Positions 22,194-32,207 of a stretch of DNA of 40,556 nucleotides are shown here, piece after piece. The DNA comes from Ascoidea asiatica JCM 7603 (Eukaryota > Fungi > Ascomycota): NCBI GenBank assembly GCA_001600695.1, contig BCKQ01000019.1, forward strand, positions 46,278 through 86,833, written 5' to 3'. Under the pieces are notes generated by a model. That model was given only the letters and a program-made list of their open reading frames with translations. It was not told the origin of the DNA and ran no database searches. Each line of letters begins with the position of its first letter. Position 1 is the first letter of the stretch. Made by a program: the position numbers and the translations under genes.

Positions 22194-22922
22194 TCATCAA
22201 AAGAAATAAAAACATAGTATACATATATCAAATCATTTAGAACCTAATTTTACATTAATTTTTATTAACTTATTCAATTCAGACTTTTAAAAATGAAAAC
22301 TCTCAATCTTTTTCCAATAGCTTTTCTTATTATGTATTTTATTTAAGATTTCATTGATAGAACCGAAAATAATTTAAAGTGAAATTTAATTGAAATTTAA
22401 ATCCATTTGTCTGCGAGCACCCCTAACTTACTGTAGACCCATTGGAAGTGTCCCGGAGAGCTTTCAGTATGGCTTGAGGCAGCAACTTTCCTGGCTAACC
22501 GAAGCCCCCTCCCCTTTTCTACCTGCTGAAACAAAACTAATTCTTTTATGCTCTCAATTTTCAAGGTGTTATGTACACCCAGCAACCACCCGAGGAAAAC
22601 GGAATATCCTCCGTGTGCCGCGTGCTCGGGTGTTGTTCTCTTCTGTTTCTTCTCGTTTTCCTCTCGCTTTATTCATTTTGTTGACGAAATCAAAAGCTGT
22701 AATCTGAATTGGATGGAAATTGAATTATTTTATTCTTTCTTTCTCAATTCAGATTCGGATCTTACTTTTGAATCATGGCCATATTCAATAATTAATTCGT
22801 AGAATCTAATATCACTTTACCAAAGATTAAATATTCATTATCCAATATTAATTATACTTCATCCTTAATTGGTAAAACATCCATAGACAGTTTATTTCTT
22901 ATCCTTTTATGTATCTTAATTA

Positions 22923-25900
22923 ATGTCTTTCATTGGAATATATAAAGCAATTTATGCTTATGAAGCTCAATCTAATGAGGAATTATCAATAAAAGAAGAT
23001 GATATCTTATATCTTATCGAAAAATCTCAGGTTGATGATTGGTGGAAAGTTAAATTAAGAATTATAGGCTCGGATATTGAAGAACCAGTAGGTCTTGTTC
23101 CAAAAACATATATTGAACCTGCAAATATAATAAGCTCAGCTATTGCTTTATATGATTATGATAAACAAACTGAAGAAGAATTATCCTTTAAAGAAAATGC
23201 TTTGTTTGACGTATATGACACAAGAGATCAAGATTGGGTACTTGTTTCTACTAAAAATTCTTCAACTATAAACTATGGTTTTGTTCCTGCAAATTATATT
23301 CAAATATCTGCTAGTTCTAATTCAGCTCCAACTCCAACTCCAGCCACAACTACAACAGCTTTGAATAATTTCCCAGCCCCTCCAACTCATCCAAACCGTG
23401 TAGATCCAAGACAAAAAGATGATAATGTAAATCACGAAGAAGAAAATTATTATAACCCTCCAGAGCCAAATTCTCGTCCAAGAACAACTTCAACAAGCAT
23501 TCTAAAAGATTATAAATTATCTGATAATGAAGATGAAACTCCTCCAGAAATGCCAAAAAGACCTTCAAATCCAAACATACTGTCAAATTCAAATTCAAAT
23601 TCAAACAATAGGCATTCAAGTAGATCTGAATCTTATTCTAATTCTTCTCCTCCTTATTCTCCAGATCAAAATGATTACAATACTAATCAAAAAAAAAGCA
23701 AGAAAACAAATAATAGTAATAATAATAATAATAACAATAATAATAATCGTAATGATATTGATGATGATGAATTTTTCACTTGGAATGTAGCCGAAGTTGA
23801 AGGTAAAAGAAAAAAGAAAGCTCAATTAGGTATAGGTAATGGAATAATTTATTTCAGACCTGATCCTTCAACAGGTGATTTACCACAACAATGGAAAGTT
23901 TCAAATTTAATTAATTTTTCTTCAGAAAAGAAGCATGTGTTTTTAGACTTTAAAAATCCCTCAGCTTCAATTGAATTACATGCAGGTTCTGGCGATATGG
24001 CAAAAGAAATCTTAGGCTTATTAGGTGATTTAAGGGGTGCAATTGAACAAGCTGGTTTAAAAGAAGTCAAAGCAGCTTCAAGGCCAACAACTCTAAATGG
24101 TTATAAAACTGGTAAAGTTTTGTATGATTTTAAAGCTCAAGATTTGAATGAATTATCTGTTCATGAAAATGATTTAGTTTTCATCATTAATGATAAAAAA
24201 TCTCCTGATTGGTGGCTAGTTAAAAATATTGATACAAATAAAGAAGGTGTTGTACCTTCTTCATATATTGAAACTTCAAGTTCTTTTAGTCTAGGTTCTG
24301 TAGCTGGAAAAGCTAAAAATTTAGTTAGGTCTAAATCAAGTAAACGTAATAAAAGAGACAAAGAAAAAGAAAAAGAAAGAGAAAGGGAGAGAGAAAGAGA
24401 AGAGAAATTTAAAAGAGATCAAGAATATGAACATAGAAATAGGCGTAGTCAAGAAAATTCTTCAAATTCAAATTCAAATAAATCAAAACAAAAAAGCGTT
24501 AAATCCTTTCCAAATAAAAATAAGTTAAGACAATTTGAAGATAGATCTGGAAATTTTCGAGTTCAAGCTGAATTTCTTGGTTTATCTTCAGGAAAAATTC
24601 ATCTTCATAAATCAAACGGGGTTAAAATTGCTGTGGCAGCTGACAAATTATCTTTAAAAGATCTTGAATATATTGAAAGAGTTACAGGTGCTTCTTTAGA
24701 TAATTATAAACCCAAAGAAGAAAGACGTACAAATAGAGAGGAAGAAAGATCCCTGAAACAAAGAGAAAAACAAGAAAGACAAGATTACGAAAAGAAAAAA
24801 TCAATTGTAATTTCTTCAAAAAATATTGATGCAAACCGCTCTAAAAAACCTGAATATGATTGGTTTGAATTTTTTCTCAATTGTGGATGTGATGTTAATG
24901 TTTGTCAACGTTACTCTTTAAATTTTGATAAAGAGCAAATGGATGAAAGCTCTTTAGAAGACATGACAAGCTCAATATTACGAACATTAGGCTTAAGAGA
25001 AGGTGATATTATTAGAGTAATGAAAGTTTTAGATAAAAAATTTAACCGAGAAAAACCTGTTTCTTCAGGTTCCAATGAAAATGAAAGTCTATTTAGTAGT
25101 GCTAATGGTGTTTTGAAAACCAATAGAACCAGATCTACTTCAAATGTTGCGATTGATGCTTCAGCATTAAATGCGATCAAACAACAGCAACAACCACCAA
25201 TTACTTCTTCTTCAACTACTAGTGGTAGTAGTAAATCTATCGGTGGATTTGATGATGACGCGTGGACTGTTAAGCCTGCTTCAAATACACAAATCCAAAT
25301 GAATAAACCAACAAATATTACTGAGAGTTTTGATGATAATAAGCAAATTAATCAAAAAACCAATAATGCAAACTCTCTTATATCCAATCAAAAATTTAGT
25401 GGATCTCTACAAGATCTAGTTGACTTAAAACCTTTAGATGATACAATTACAGGCGTTGAACCAATGAAACCGAATAAAAAAGCACCAGTTGCTGCAATAC
25501 AACCAACCAAAACCGGTTCTTCTATAAGATCTCAAAGAACTGGCTCTTCATTGAAATCACAGAAAACTGGTGGTCTTCAACCTTTAGATCCATTTAAAAC
25601 TGGTGGTAACTTAATACCTATAAATACAGCTGTTGCTCCTATGATTTTGCCAATTCAAACTGGTGCTATTGTCGCTCCTATTCAGCCTATTTTATTTTCT
25701 AACAATACATCTGGTCTAATGCTTCAACAAACAGGGAATATGGTTCAGACTTCTTTTGGAACAAGTGCACCTGCTATGTTCCAAATGGCAGGTATGCCTC
25801 AGACAACTTTTGGTTCCAATATGGTTGTTCTTCAAAAAACCGGTGAAGCTCCTTTGCAGAAAACTGGAGGAACGATTAATCCATTTGGAAATGCGATTGT

Positions 25901-26561
25901 TACTCAGAGAACGGGTGGATTTACACCTTCCTATACATCCTCAGCCATGCCAGTTACTTCCTTTATTGCTCCAATTCAACAGCAGCAGGCCTCTACTCAA
26001 CCTTTGAACAATGCTTTTGGAAATATGAGTCTAACGGGAGGACAAACTGGATTTATTTCTCAACCTGCTCAGCAAACTGGATTCATTTCCCAACCAATCC
26101 AACAAACAGGATTTACCACTAATACGTTTGGTCAGGGCCAGTCAATTCCAGCTACTTCATTTGGAAATAGTACATTGATGTCACAACAACCATTTCAACA
26201 AACTGGTTTCAACAATAATGCTTTTGGACAATCTCAACCACAATCGCAAGCTTTTATGCAGCAGCAACCTTTTACTTCTTTCAATGGAGGAGTAAATGGA
26301 ATGTACCAACAACAACCACAACAACCACAATTTCAACAACAGATGTTTACAAGCATGAATCAGTTTCAACCAATGCAACCTCAGCCACAACAGCCAGCTC
26401 CAGCTTTACAATATCAGCCTACAGGATTAGGATTTGGTAATGCTCCTAGTGGAGATATGCCTAACACAAGCTTTGGAATGCAACAGCCATTACAGGCCCA
26501 AGCAACCGGTAGAAGAGCCAATCTTGCTGCTGCTACTGCAGATAATCCTTTTGGCTTGTAG
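22923..26561 (+). CDS. SLA1: Endocytic adaptor Sla1
   Basis: Three SH3 domains, SHD1 (DRSGNFRVQAEFLG...IHLHKSNGVKIAV), SHD2/SAM (YDWFEFFLNCG...LGLREGDIIRV), clathrin-box-like LVDLK, QxTG repeats and C-terminal RANLAAATADNPFG. Confidence 0.96.
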   Translation: MSFIGIYKAIYAYEAQSNEELSIKEDDILYLIEKSQVDDWWKVKLRIIGSDIEEPVGLVPKTYIEPANIISSAIALYDYDKQTEEELSFKENALFDVYDTRDQDWVLVSTKNSSTINYGFVPANYIQISASSNSAPTPTPATTTTALNNFPAPPTHPNRVDPRQKDDNVNHEEENYYNPPEPNSRPRTTSTSILKDYKLSDNEDETPPEMPKRPSNPNILSNSNSNSNNRHSSRSESYSNSSPPYSPDQNDYNTNQKKSKKTNNSNNNNNNNNNNRNDIDDDEFFTWNVAEVEGKRKKKAQLGIGNGIIYFRPDPSTGDLPQQWKVSNLINFSSEKKHVFLDFKNPSASIELHAGSGDMAKEILGLLGDLRGAIEQAGLKEVKAASRPTTLNGYKTGKVLYDFKAQDLNELSVHENDLVFIINDKKSPDWWLVKNIDTNKEGVVPSSYIETSSSFSLGSVAGKAKNLVRSKSSKRNKRDKEKEKEREREREREEKFKRDQEYEHRNRRSQENSSNSNSNKSKQKSVKSFPNKNKLRQFEDRSGNFRVQAEFLGLSSGKIHLHKSNGVKIAVAADKLSLKDLEYIERVTGASLDNYKPKEERRTNREEERSLKQREKQERQDYEKKKSIVISSKNIDANRSKKPEYDWFEFFLNCGCDVNVCQRYSLNFDKEQMDESSLEDMTSSILRTLGLREGDIIRVMKVLDKKFNREKPVSSGSNENESLFSSANGVLKTNRTRSTSNVAIDASALNAIKQQQQPPITSSSTTSGSSKSIGGFDDDAWTVKPASNTQIQMNKPTNITESFDDNKQINQKTNNANSLISNQKFSGSLQDLVDLKPLDDTITGVEPMKPNKKAPVAAIQPTKTGSSIRSQRTGSSLKSQKTGGLQPLDPFKTGGNLIPINTAVAPMILPIQTGAIVAPIQPILFSNNTSGLMLQQTGNMVQTSFGTSAPAMFQMAGMPQTTFGSNMVVLQKTGEAPLQKTGGTINPFGNAIVTQRTGGFTPSYTSSAMPVTSFIAPIQQQQASTQPLNNAFGNMSLTGGQTGFISQPAQQTGFISQPIQQTGFTTNTFGQGQSIPATSFGNSTLMSQQPFQQTGFNNNAFGQSQPQSQAFMQQQPFTSFNGGVNGMYQQQPQQPQFQQQMFTSMNQFQPMQPQPQQPAPALQYQPTGLGFGNAPSGDMPNTSFGMQQPLQAQATGRRANLAAATADNPFGL

Positions 26562-27397
26562 AAAAACAAATTCGATCTTTTTTTATTTTTATTTACTTCT
26601 TTTTACGCTTATATCTGACCAAATGTTTAATAACTGAATAAGAGCATTTTAGTTAATTTTTTTATACTAATTTGTATATAACTAGATAGTTTATTTCCAA
26701 ACTGTTTTTATCAGATATTCTGTAATTTTTTTGTTAAATTCTATCACGCTAGCTAAAATAGTAGAAAAACGAAAGATTCTGTAGTTATAATTTTTGTTTT
26801 TGTCAAAAAATTTCTTTTTATTTTCGTGAATAATTTGTTAAACAAAACAGCAATATACAGTGTAAGAGTAAAGTTGAGCCTTGAATATTTTTCAGAAATA
26901 AAAGGTAATTTTAGAGATTAATTGAACTTTAAAGGTTTTTGATCAACTACACTTTTCTAAAGAAGAAGAATAATACCAGATTTCCAATAAATTTATCTGG
27001 TTCAATTGCCCTGACGATTGCTCTGAAATATATTTGAGCGTTATGATCAAGAACAAAGTAATCGAAATGAAATTTTGTGGTATTCTAAAATTTTGAAATA
27101 TATTGAAACAGATACTCATAAATTAAAAACTACGCCCAAACTATGGAATGGGATATTATTTTTCGTTTTCGAGGCATTAAAGAAGTTGAAACCTAGATAG
27201 ATTAAAAAGAGTTCTATTTACAGAATATATTAGAGGCTGTATTAGTGGTACAAAACAAAAATAAAAATATAGTGTAGTGAATTTGAAACAAATAGTATAG
27301 ATAGATCTCGTACGTTATAAATAGACAGCATTAAAATTTTCGTAAATGTATTTGAAGAGAATCAAGAAATAATTATTTGATAAGATAAAATTGAAAT

Positions 27398-29089
27398 CTA
27401 TTTACTTTCTATTGCGTTTTCTTTTTCATTCTGATTAATATTGTAATTCTCAACAGGATTGTCATTTTGATTGTCATTTTGATTCGCACGATCATCTTTA
27501 TCACTTAAATTCTTTGTTTGAGTATAACCTTCCAATTTTTCTTTTACAAAAAGAGAAGCAAGTAAACAAGAGCTCATTATTGGGATCCAGAAGATGAAAA
27601 TATTTCTAATCGCCTTCATGTATATTCCCTGAACTTGAACGATATCTTCATCACTTTTAATAACAGAATAATCTAGCTTTGAATAAAGATGGGTTAGTAG
27701 ATAGTCTTTAATTGAATCTGATAAATAATCATTATGATTAATTTTATGTTTAAGAGTTGAACTAAATATTAGTGAACTAATGGCAAATCCAAGCGAACCT
27801 CCAAATGATCTCACAACATTTCTAGTTGAAATGACTATAGATCTATCTTCTCTTCGAGATACAGCTAAAGCTGCAAGAATTGTAGGCTGAAAGGTAAAAC
27901 CAATTCCAACACCGTAAAAAATTAAAATAAAAACACAAAGAACTAAAGGAGTAGTTCTTTTAAATAATAATAATAAACACCCAGATAATAGCCATATAAG
28001 AAAACCAATACGCAAAGGTAGGTTATACTTTTGGAACTTCGTTATTAATAAACCACAAATTACCGAACAGACAGCTGAGGGTAGAACTAAGGCTAGCATA
28101 AAACATGCATTCACCAATAATGACAAACCTCTAACTGATTGAAAATAATACGGAAAATAATAACTTGAACTATAATAAATAATTCCAAAAAAAGTGGATT
28201 GCGTAAAAATGACATCCAATTGAGAATTTTTGAATAATCTTAAAGGAATCATAGCTAGTCTAGAAAATTTCCATTCAATAAATAAAAACACTATTAGTAG
28301 GGTACCTCCTACTGTAAAAAGTATTATTATTTGAGGACTATTCCAAGAAAAAGTTATGCCTCCTCCTTCCATTGCAATTAATAACAAAATTAAACCCGAA
28401 CTGCTAAAAAGAATTCCAAGATAATCAATATCTCCAAATTTATCTTTTAATGATACATCAAGTTTAAGATTTGGAATTAAAAACCATACAGGTATCATTG
28501 CTAATAGCATCGCAGGCCCCAAAAATGCATAATAAAAATATCTCCAATGAGCATAAATTGAGAATAATGATGCAATAAAAGGTCCTAATGCATTTCCTAA
28601 ACCAGAAGATCCACCAATTAGACCTTGATATAGTCCTCTTTCTTTTAAAGGAGTTATATCTGTAACTATGGTCATTGCAAGATTTTGAATTCCAGCACCA
28701 CCAATTCCACAAAAGGCTCTAAAGACATATAATTGAGGGCCTGTTTGAGCTAAGCCACAAGCTATATCTGATATTCCTAAAATAAGCATGGAAGCCATAA
28801 AACAAACCTTTCTTCCAAATATATCACTCAATCTAGCAAATATAACTTGAAATACACAATTTGCTATGATGGTCGACGTTCCTGCCCAAGAAATTGTTTC
28901 ACCTGCATCTAAATCATCTGCAATTGTTGCCAATAATATAGAGATTCCATTGTTATCAATTATTGCTAAAAATATGGATAAAAGCATTCCACTTAGTACC
29001 ATCATTATCTTTTTGGGTGATAGTATATTATCCTGTACGGCTGCATACTGGTCATTTAACTCCTTTTCGTCTTTGTCTTTGTGAGACAT
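27398..29089 (-). CDS. MFS drug:H+ antiporter, DHA2 (14-TMS) type
   Basis: Motif A 'ARLSDIFGRK', 'DITPLKERGLYQG', motif C-like 'GNALGPFIA' and 'IDYLG'. First ATG at 29089; the track start 29113 is TTG. Confidence 0.9.
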   Translation of the reverse strand: MSHKDKDEKELNDQYAAVQDNILSPKKIMMVLSGMLLSIFLAIIDNNGISILLATIADDLDAGETISWAGTSTIIANCVFQVIFARLSDIFGRKVCFMASMLILGISDIACGLAQTGPQLYVFRAFCGIGGAGIQNLAMTIVTDITPLKERGLYQGLIGGSSGLGNALGPFIASLFSIYAHWRYFYYAFLGPAMLLAMIPVWFLIPNLKLDVSLKDKFGDIDYLGILFSSSGLILLLIAMEGGGITFSWNSPQIIILFTVGGTLLIVFLFIEWKFSRLAMIPLRLFKNSQLDVIFTQSTFFGIIYYSSSYYFPYYFQSVRGLSLLVNACFMLALVLPSAVCSVICGLLITKFQKYNLPLRIGFLIWLLSGCLLLLFKRTTPLVLCVFILIFYGVGIGFTFQPTILAALAVSRREDRSIVISTRNVVRSFGGSLGFAISSLIFSSTLKHKINHNDYLSDSIKDYLLTHLYSKLDYSVIKSDEDIVQVQGIYMKAIRNIFIFWIPIMSSCLLASLFVKEKLEGYTQTKNLSDKDDRANQNDNQNDNPVENYNINQNEKENAIESK

Positions 29090-29382
29090 GATTGATATTA
29101 TTCTTATTTGCAAGCTTATGGTTACTATTATTTGAAATCCCGAGTTGCAATTTAACTGTTAATGATTAATGATTCAAGTAACTCATTTTTCACAAATCAG
29201 TTCATCTGCAGAATCAGTTGGAGGTAAAACACTCTTGTTTTATATAAATAGAAATAAGCAAAACAGTAAATAAAAAGCTTCCCTAGAACTTCACCCTAAA
29301 TTTTATGTATTGTGAAAGTGTATGAAGTTGAAATATTTTAATGTTGTAAACACATTTTTATCTACTTTTAGTAATAGTTTTC

Positions 29383-29464
29383 TTTCCGATGAGTTTCCGA
29401 TTCCACGGAAAAAATCGGTCCGCGGATAGGAATATTCCAGGGAAACAATTATTCCCTTTCCGAA
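29383..29464. promoter_or_regulatory. Zn-cluster binding-site cluster with two PDRE-type octamers
   Basis: TCCACGGA 29402-29409, TCCGCGGA 29419-29426 and TTTCCGAT x2 (29383, 29394); seven CGG/CCG triplets in about 80 bp. Confidence 0.7.
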
Positions 29465-29594
29465 ATCCTAAATTAAGTCCTAAATCCAATTCTAAAATTT
29501 AAGTTGCACATTACTTATTTAGGAAATTAATCCTAGAGTAATCTTAAGGTAATACTTAATTCAATCGATGCACCCAATTAGCTAGGGATTAGCT

Positions 29595-32207
29595 TTAAAC
29601 TGTGAAATCTTTTGAAAAAAAGCTTTCTTCCTGAGATTCATCAAGATTCAAAAAGTTACCAAATGAATCAAAAGTGAAATTATCATTAAACCAAGAGCTG
29701 AAGAAATCTTCAGGAAAAACTAAATCCTCATCAATTGCGAAATTGAGACTATCAAATTCTGCTTTTCTATCAGGTTCAGAGGATTCTGGTAATTTTTGAT
29801 ACTCAGCTCCAGAAAATAAATTCTCAACTTCAGGATCAATTTTATCTATTTTTGATCTTTTTTTCTTAAAAAATTCAAAATCCTCAAGTCTAGCTAAATT
29901 TTGTGATATAAAATCAGCATCCTTTTGAGTATATGCGTTATCTTTTTGTGAATAGTTGTTTAAGTATTCTTTAAAACCAGGGGTTTCACAATTACCTAAT
30001 AAAGATTCATTTGTTTTCAATAAAAACCTCATAATACATCTCATAATACTTTGATGACCAGAAATTGGAAAGCAGAATTTTATTGGGCTTGAAGAACCAC
30101 TGAACTTTTCAGAACAAATCGAAGTAAATTTCATCAATTTTTCAATATATTGTATTTTATTATTAAATTCATCAAATTGAATACAACAGGAAAAAATTGT
30201 AATGAATGCAAAATTTAAAAAAAGCAATACTGATCTCAAGCATCCTGGAAAAATCCATGAAAATGGACCTGAAAATGCAGCTATAGATAAATCAAAAATA
30301 ACTGAACAAGAGTCTAATGTTTTAATAACATGGTTTGATTCAAATTCCTGCAAATTAATTGTTTCATTACTATTCTTTGGGATTCTTATTTGAGCTCTAT
30401 TAATAATTGATATATAGTAATAATAATTGATGGTAATAAAAAAAGTTTTGAAACCGTTTATATGATGTTTAGTTTCAAAAGTTGACATATTTTCTAAAAA
30501 GATATTAGAATCTTTAATGAAAGAATTATCCTTTAAATTATTCAATTCGGATAAAATTAAACTGATGTGCATATTTTTTTCTTCGAGTGATTTTTGAGAA
30601 GCCATTGGAGAAAGTAGATGTATATATATATTTGAACCAATTTTAGCTAATTGAATATAAATATAAGTTAAGAAGATATTTTTACATTCATTATTTATTT
30701 TTGAAATTTGGTTTAACTGATTAAAAAAAGAAGATTTGTTTTTATTGATGTAAAATTCTTTCAATTTTCGATAATGAATTAAGTTTGTAGATTTAAACTC
30801 AAATAATAAGTTTAGGATGAACTCTTGTATACTAGATTCATCATCACAAGTTATATCATAATTTGAGATAATTTTTGGTTTTTTAATTTTTAAACAGTTA
30901 TCGAAAAAATAAATTGAAAAAAATAATGACTTTGCTTTGATTTTATCAGTTGAGTTGAAAGAATTATAGGTCTCTTTTTTATTCAATCCTAGATTTAAAG
31001 ATAATCTTGATAGTGTAAGTAAAATAAGATGCGAATATCTTGAAGTTATTGAAGATTCAAAATATAATAATAATAATAATATACCATAAATCGTTTTAAA
31101 ATAAGATTGATTATTTGGATAAGTTATAATCATTTGAATCTTTTGAAAAGCAAAAATAGAATTTGATAAATGAATCCTAATTATTTCATCATAATTAATG
31201 ATACTATCATTTAAATAAATTGCTTTTAAATTTTTGATTTGCGTAAAATGCTTATGCTTATTTGATAACAATACTAAATTTATATAAGAAGCAGCAAGAA
31301 CTATAATCATATTTATTATTAAATAATCAGGAAATGAACTGAATTTTTCGAAATCAGTAATATTAATATTAATATTATTTGATTTTAAATTTTTGAAAAA
31401 AGTTGAAGAAAAATATTTTATAAAAATTGAATTAATTTCATTCATTGAATAAATTTTTGGAATAGGAATTAGAAAAAATACTGAAAGTAAAAATTTTGAT
31501 AAATTTAAGTTAATAATGGGTGTAAATTCTGATTCAAGATTAGAATAACTAATTAAATTTGTCAATGAAGACATTTTTTCTAAAGGAGATAAAACATTTG
31601 ATAAATTAACAGTTTTTGATTTGGATTTTAACCATTTAATTCCTGCTGGGGAAAAAATTGATGTTGTTGATAGATTTATTCCAAAAAAAGTTAATGGAAA
31701 CTTATTATCTACTAATTGAGTATAATTTGAATTATCTGAATTAGTTGATTCATGCTTTGAAATAAGTTCCACTTCATGTTCATTATCATTATTAGATTCC
31801 GGCTGAGATTTAATTTTTTTGGAATTGTTATTAATATTATCACTTAACTGAATTGAATCATTTTGATTTTGTTTTAATAGATTCAATATTTGATTTTTTG
31901 ACTGATTTGATAAATTATCAGACTGATTAGTCAAAGTTAATACTGCTTGAGTTAACATTTCAAGTTTATAAGATATTGAATAAAAAGATTCATTATTAAT
32001 TTGAGTCGGTTTTACATTTTGATTTAAATTTTGAGGGGCAATTGGACTTTGATCTAATTTTTTCAATTTTTTTGGAAAACTTGAATAATTACAAGCTTTT
32101 TCACTTTCTTGACAATTGTAGCATGGATTTTTACCATTGCATTTAATTTTCTTTTGTCGACAGTAATCACACGCTTTTGTTACCCTTTTTCTCTTATTTT
32201 CAGACAT
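29595..32207 (-). CDS. Zn(II)2Cys6 transcription factor (Pdr1/Mrr1/Tac1-like architecture)
   Basis: KRKRVTKACDYCRQKKIKCNGKNPCYNCQESEKACNY binuclear cluster, coiled coil, middle-homology-like region and acidic/aromatic C-terminus. ATG at 32207. Confidence 0.92.
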   Translation of the reverse strand: MSENKRKRVTKACDYCRQKKIKCNGKNPCYNCQESEKACNYSSFPKKLKKLDQSPIAPQNLNQNVKPTQINNESFYSISYKLEMLTQAVLTLTNQSDNLSNQSKNQILNLLKQNQNDSIQLSDNINNNSKKIKSQPESNNDNEHEVELISKHESTNSDNSNYTQLVDNKFPLTFFGINLSTTSIFSPAGIKWLKSKSKTVNLSNVLSPLEKMSSLTNLISYSNLESEFTPIINLNLSKFLLSVFFLIPIPKIYSMNEINSIFIKYFSSTFFKNLKSNNININITDFEKFSSFPDYLIINMIIVLAASYINLVLLSNKHKHFTQIKNLKAIYLNDSIINYDEIIRIHLSNSIFAFQKIQMIITYPNNQSYFKTIYGILLLLLYFESSITSRYSHLILLTLSRLSLNLGLNKKETYNSFNSTDKIKAKSLFFSIYFFDNCLKIKKPKIISNYDITCDDESSIQEFILNLLFEFKSTNLIHYRKLKEFYINKNKSSFFNQLNQISKINNECKNIFLTYIYIQLAKIGSNIYIHLLSPMASQKSLEEKNMHISLILSELNNLKDNSFIKDSNIFLENMSTFETKHHINGFKTFFITINYYYYISIINRAQIRIPKNSNETINLQEFESNHVIKTLDSCSVIFDLSIAAFSGPFSWIFPGCLRSVLLFLNFAFITIFSCCIQFDEFNNKIQYIEKLMKFTSICSEKFSGSSSPIKFCFPISGHQSIMRCIMRFLLKTNESLLGNCETPGFKEYLNNYSQKDNAYTQKDADFISQNLARLEDFEFFKKKRSKIDKIDPEVENLFSGAEYQKLPESSEPDRKAEFDSLNFAIDEDLVFPEDFFSSWFNDNFTFDSFGNFLNLDESQEESFFSKDFTV

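Noticed and set aside
22400-22480. Minus-strand GAAAGCTCTCC ... CAATGGGTCTAC resembling RNase MRP conserved regions
   Set aside because: The motifs are only about 10 nt apart, whereas real CR-I and CR-V are hundreds of nt apart.
29541-29552. Minus-strand TTACCTTAAGAT resembling the yeast U1 snRNA 5' end
   Set aside because: Lacks the ACTTACC splice-site-pairing sequence and the downstream U1-70K loop.
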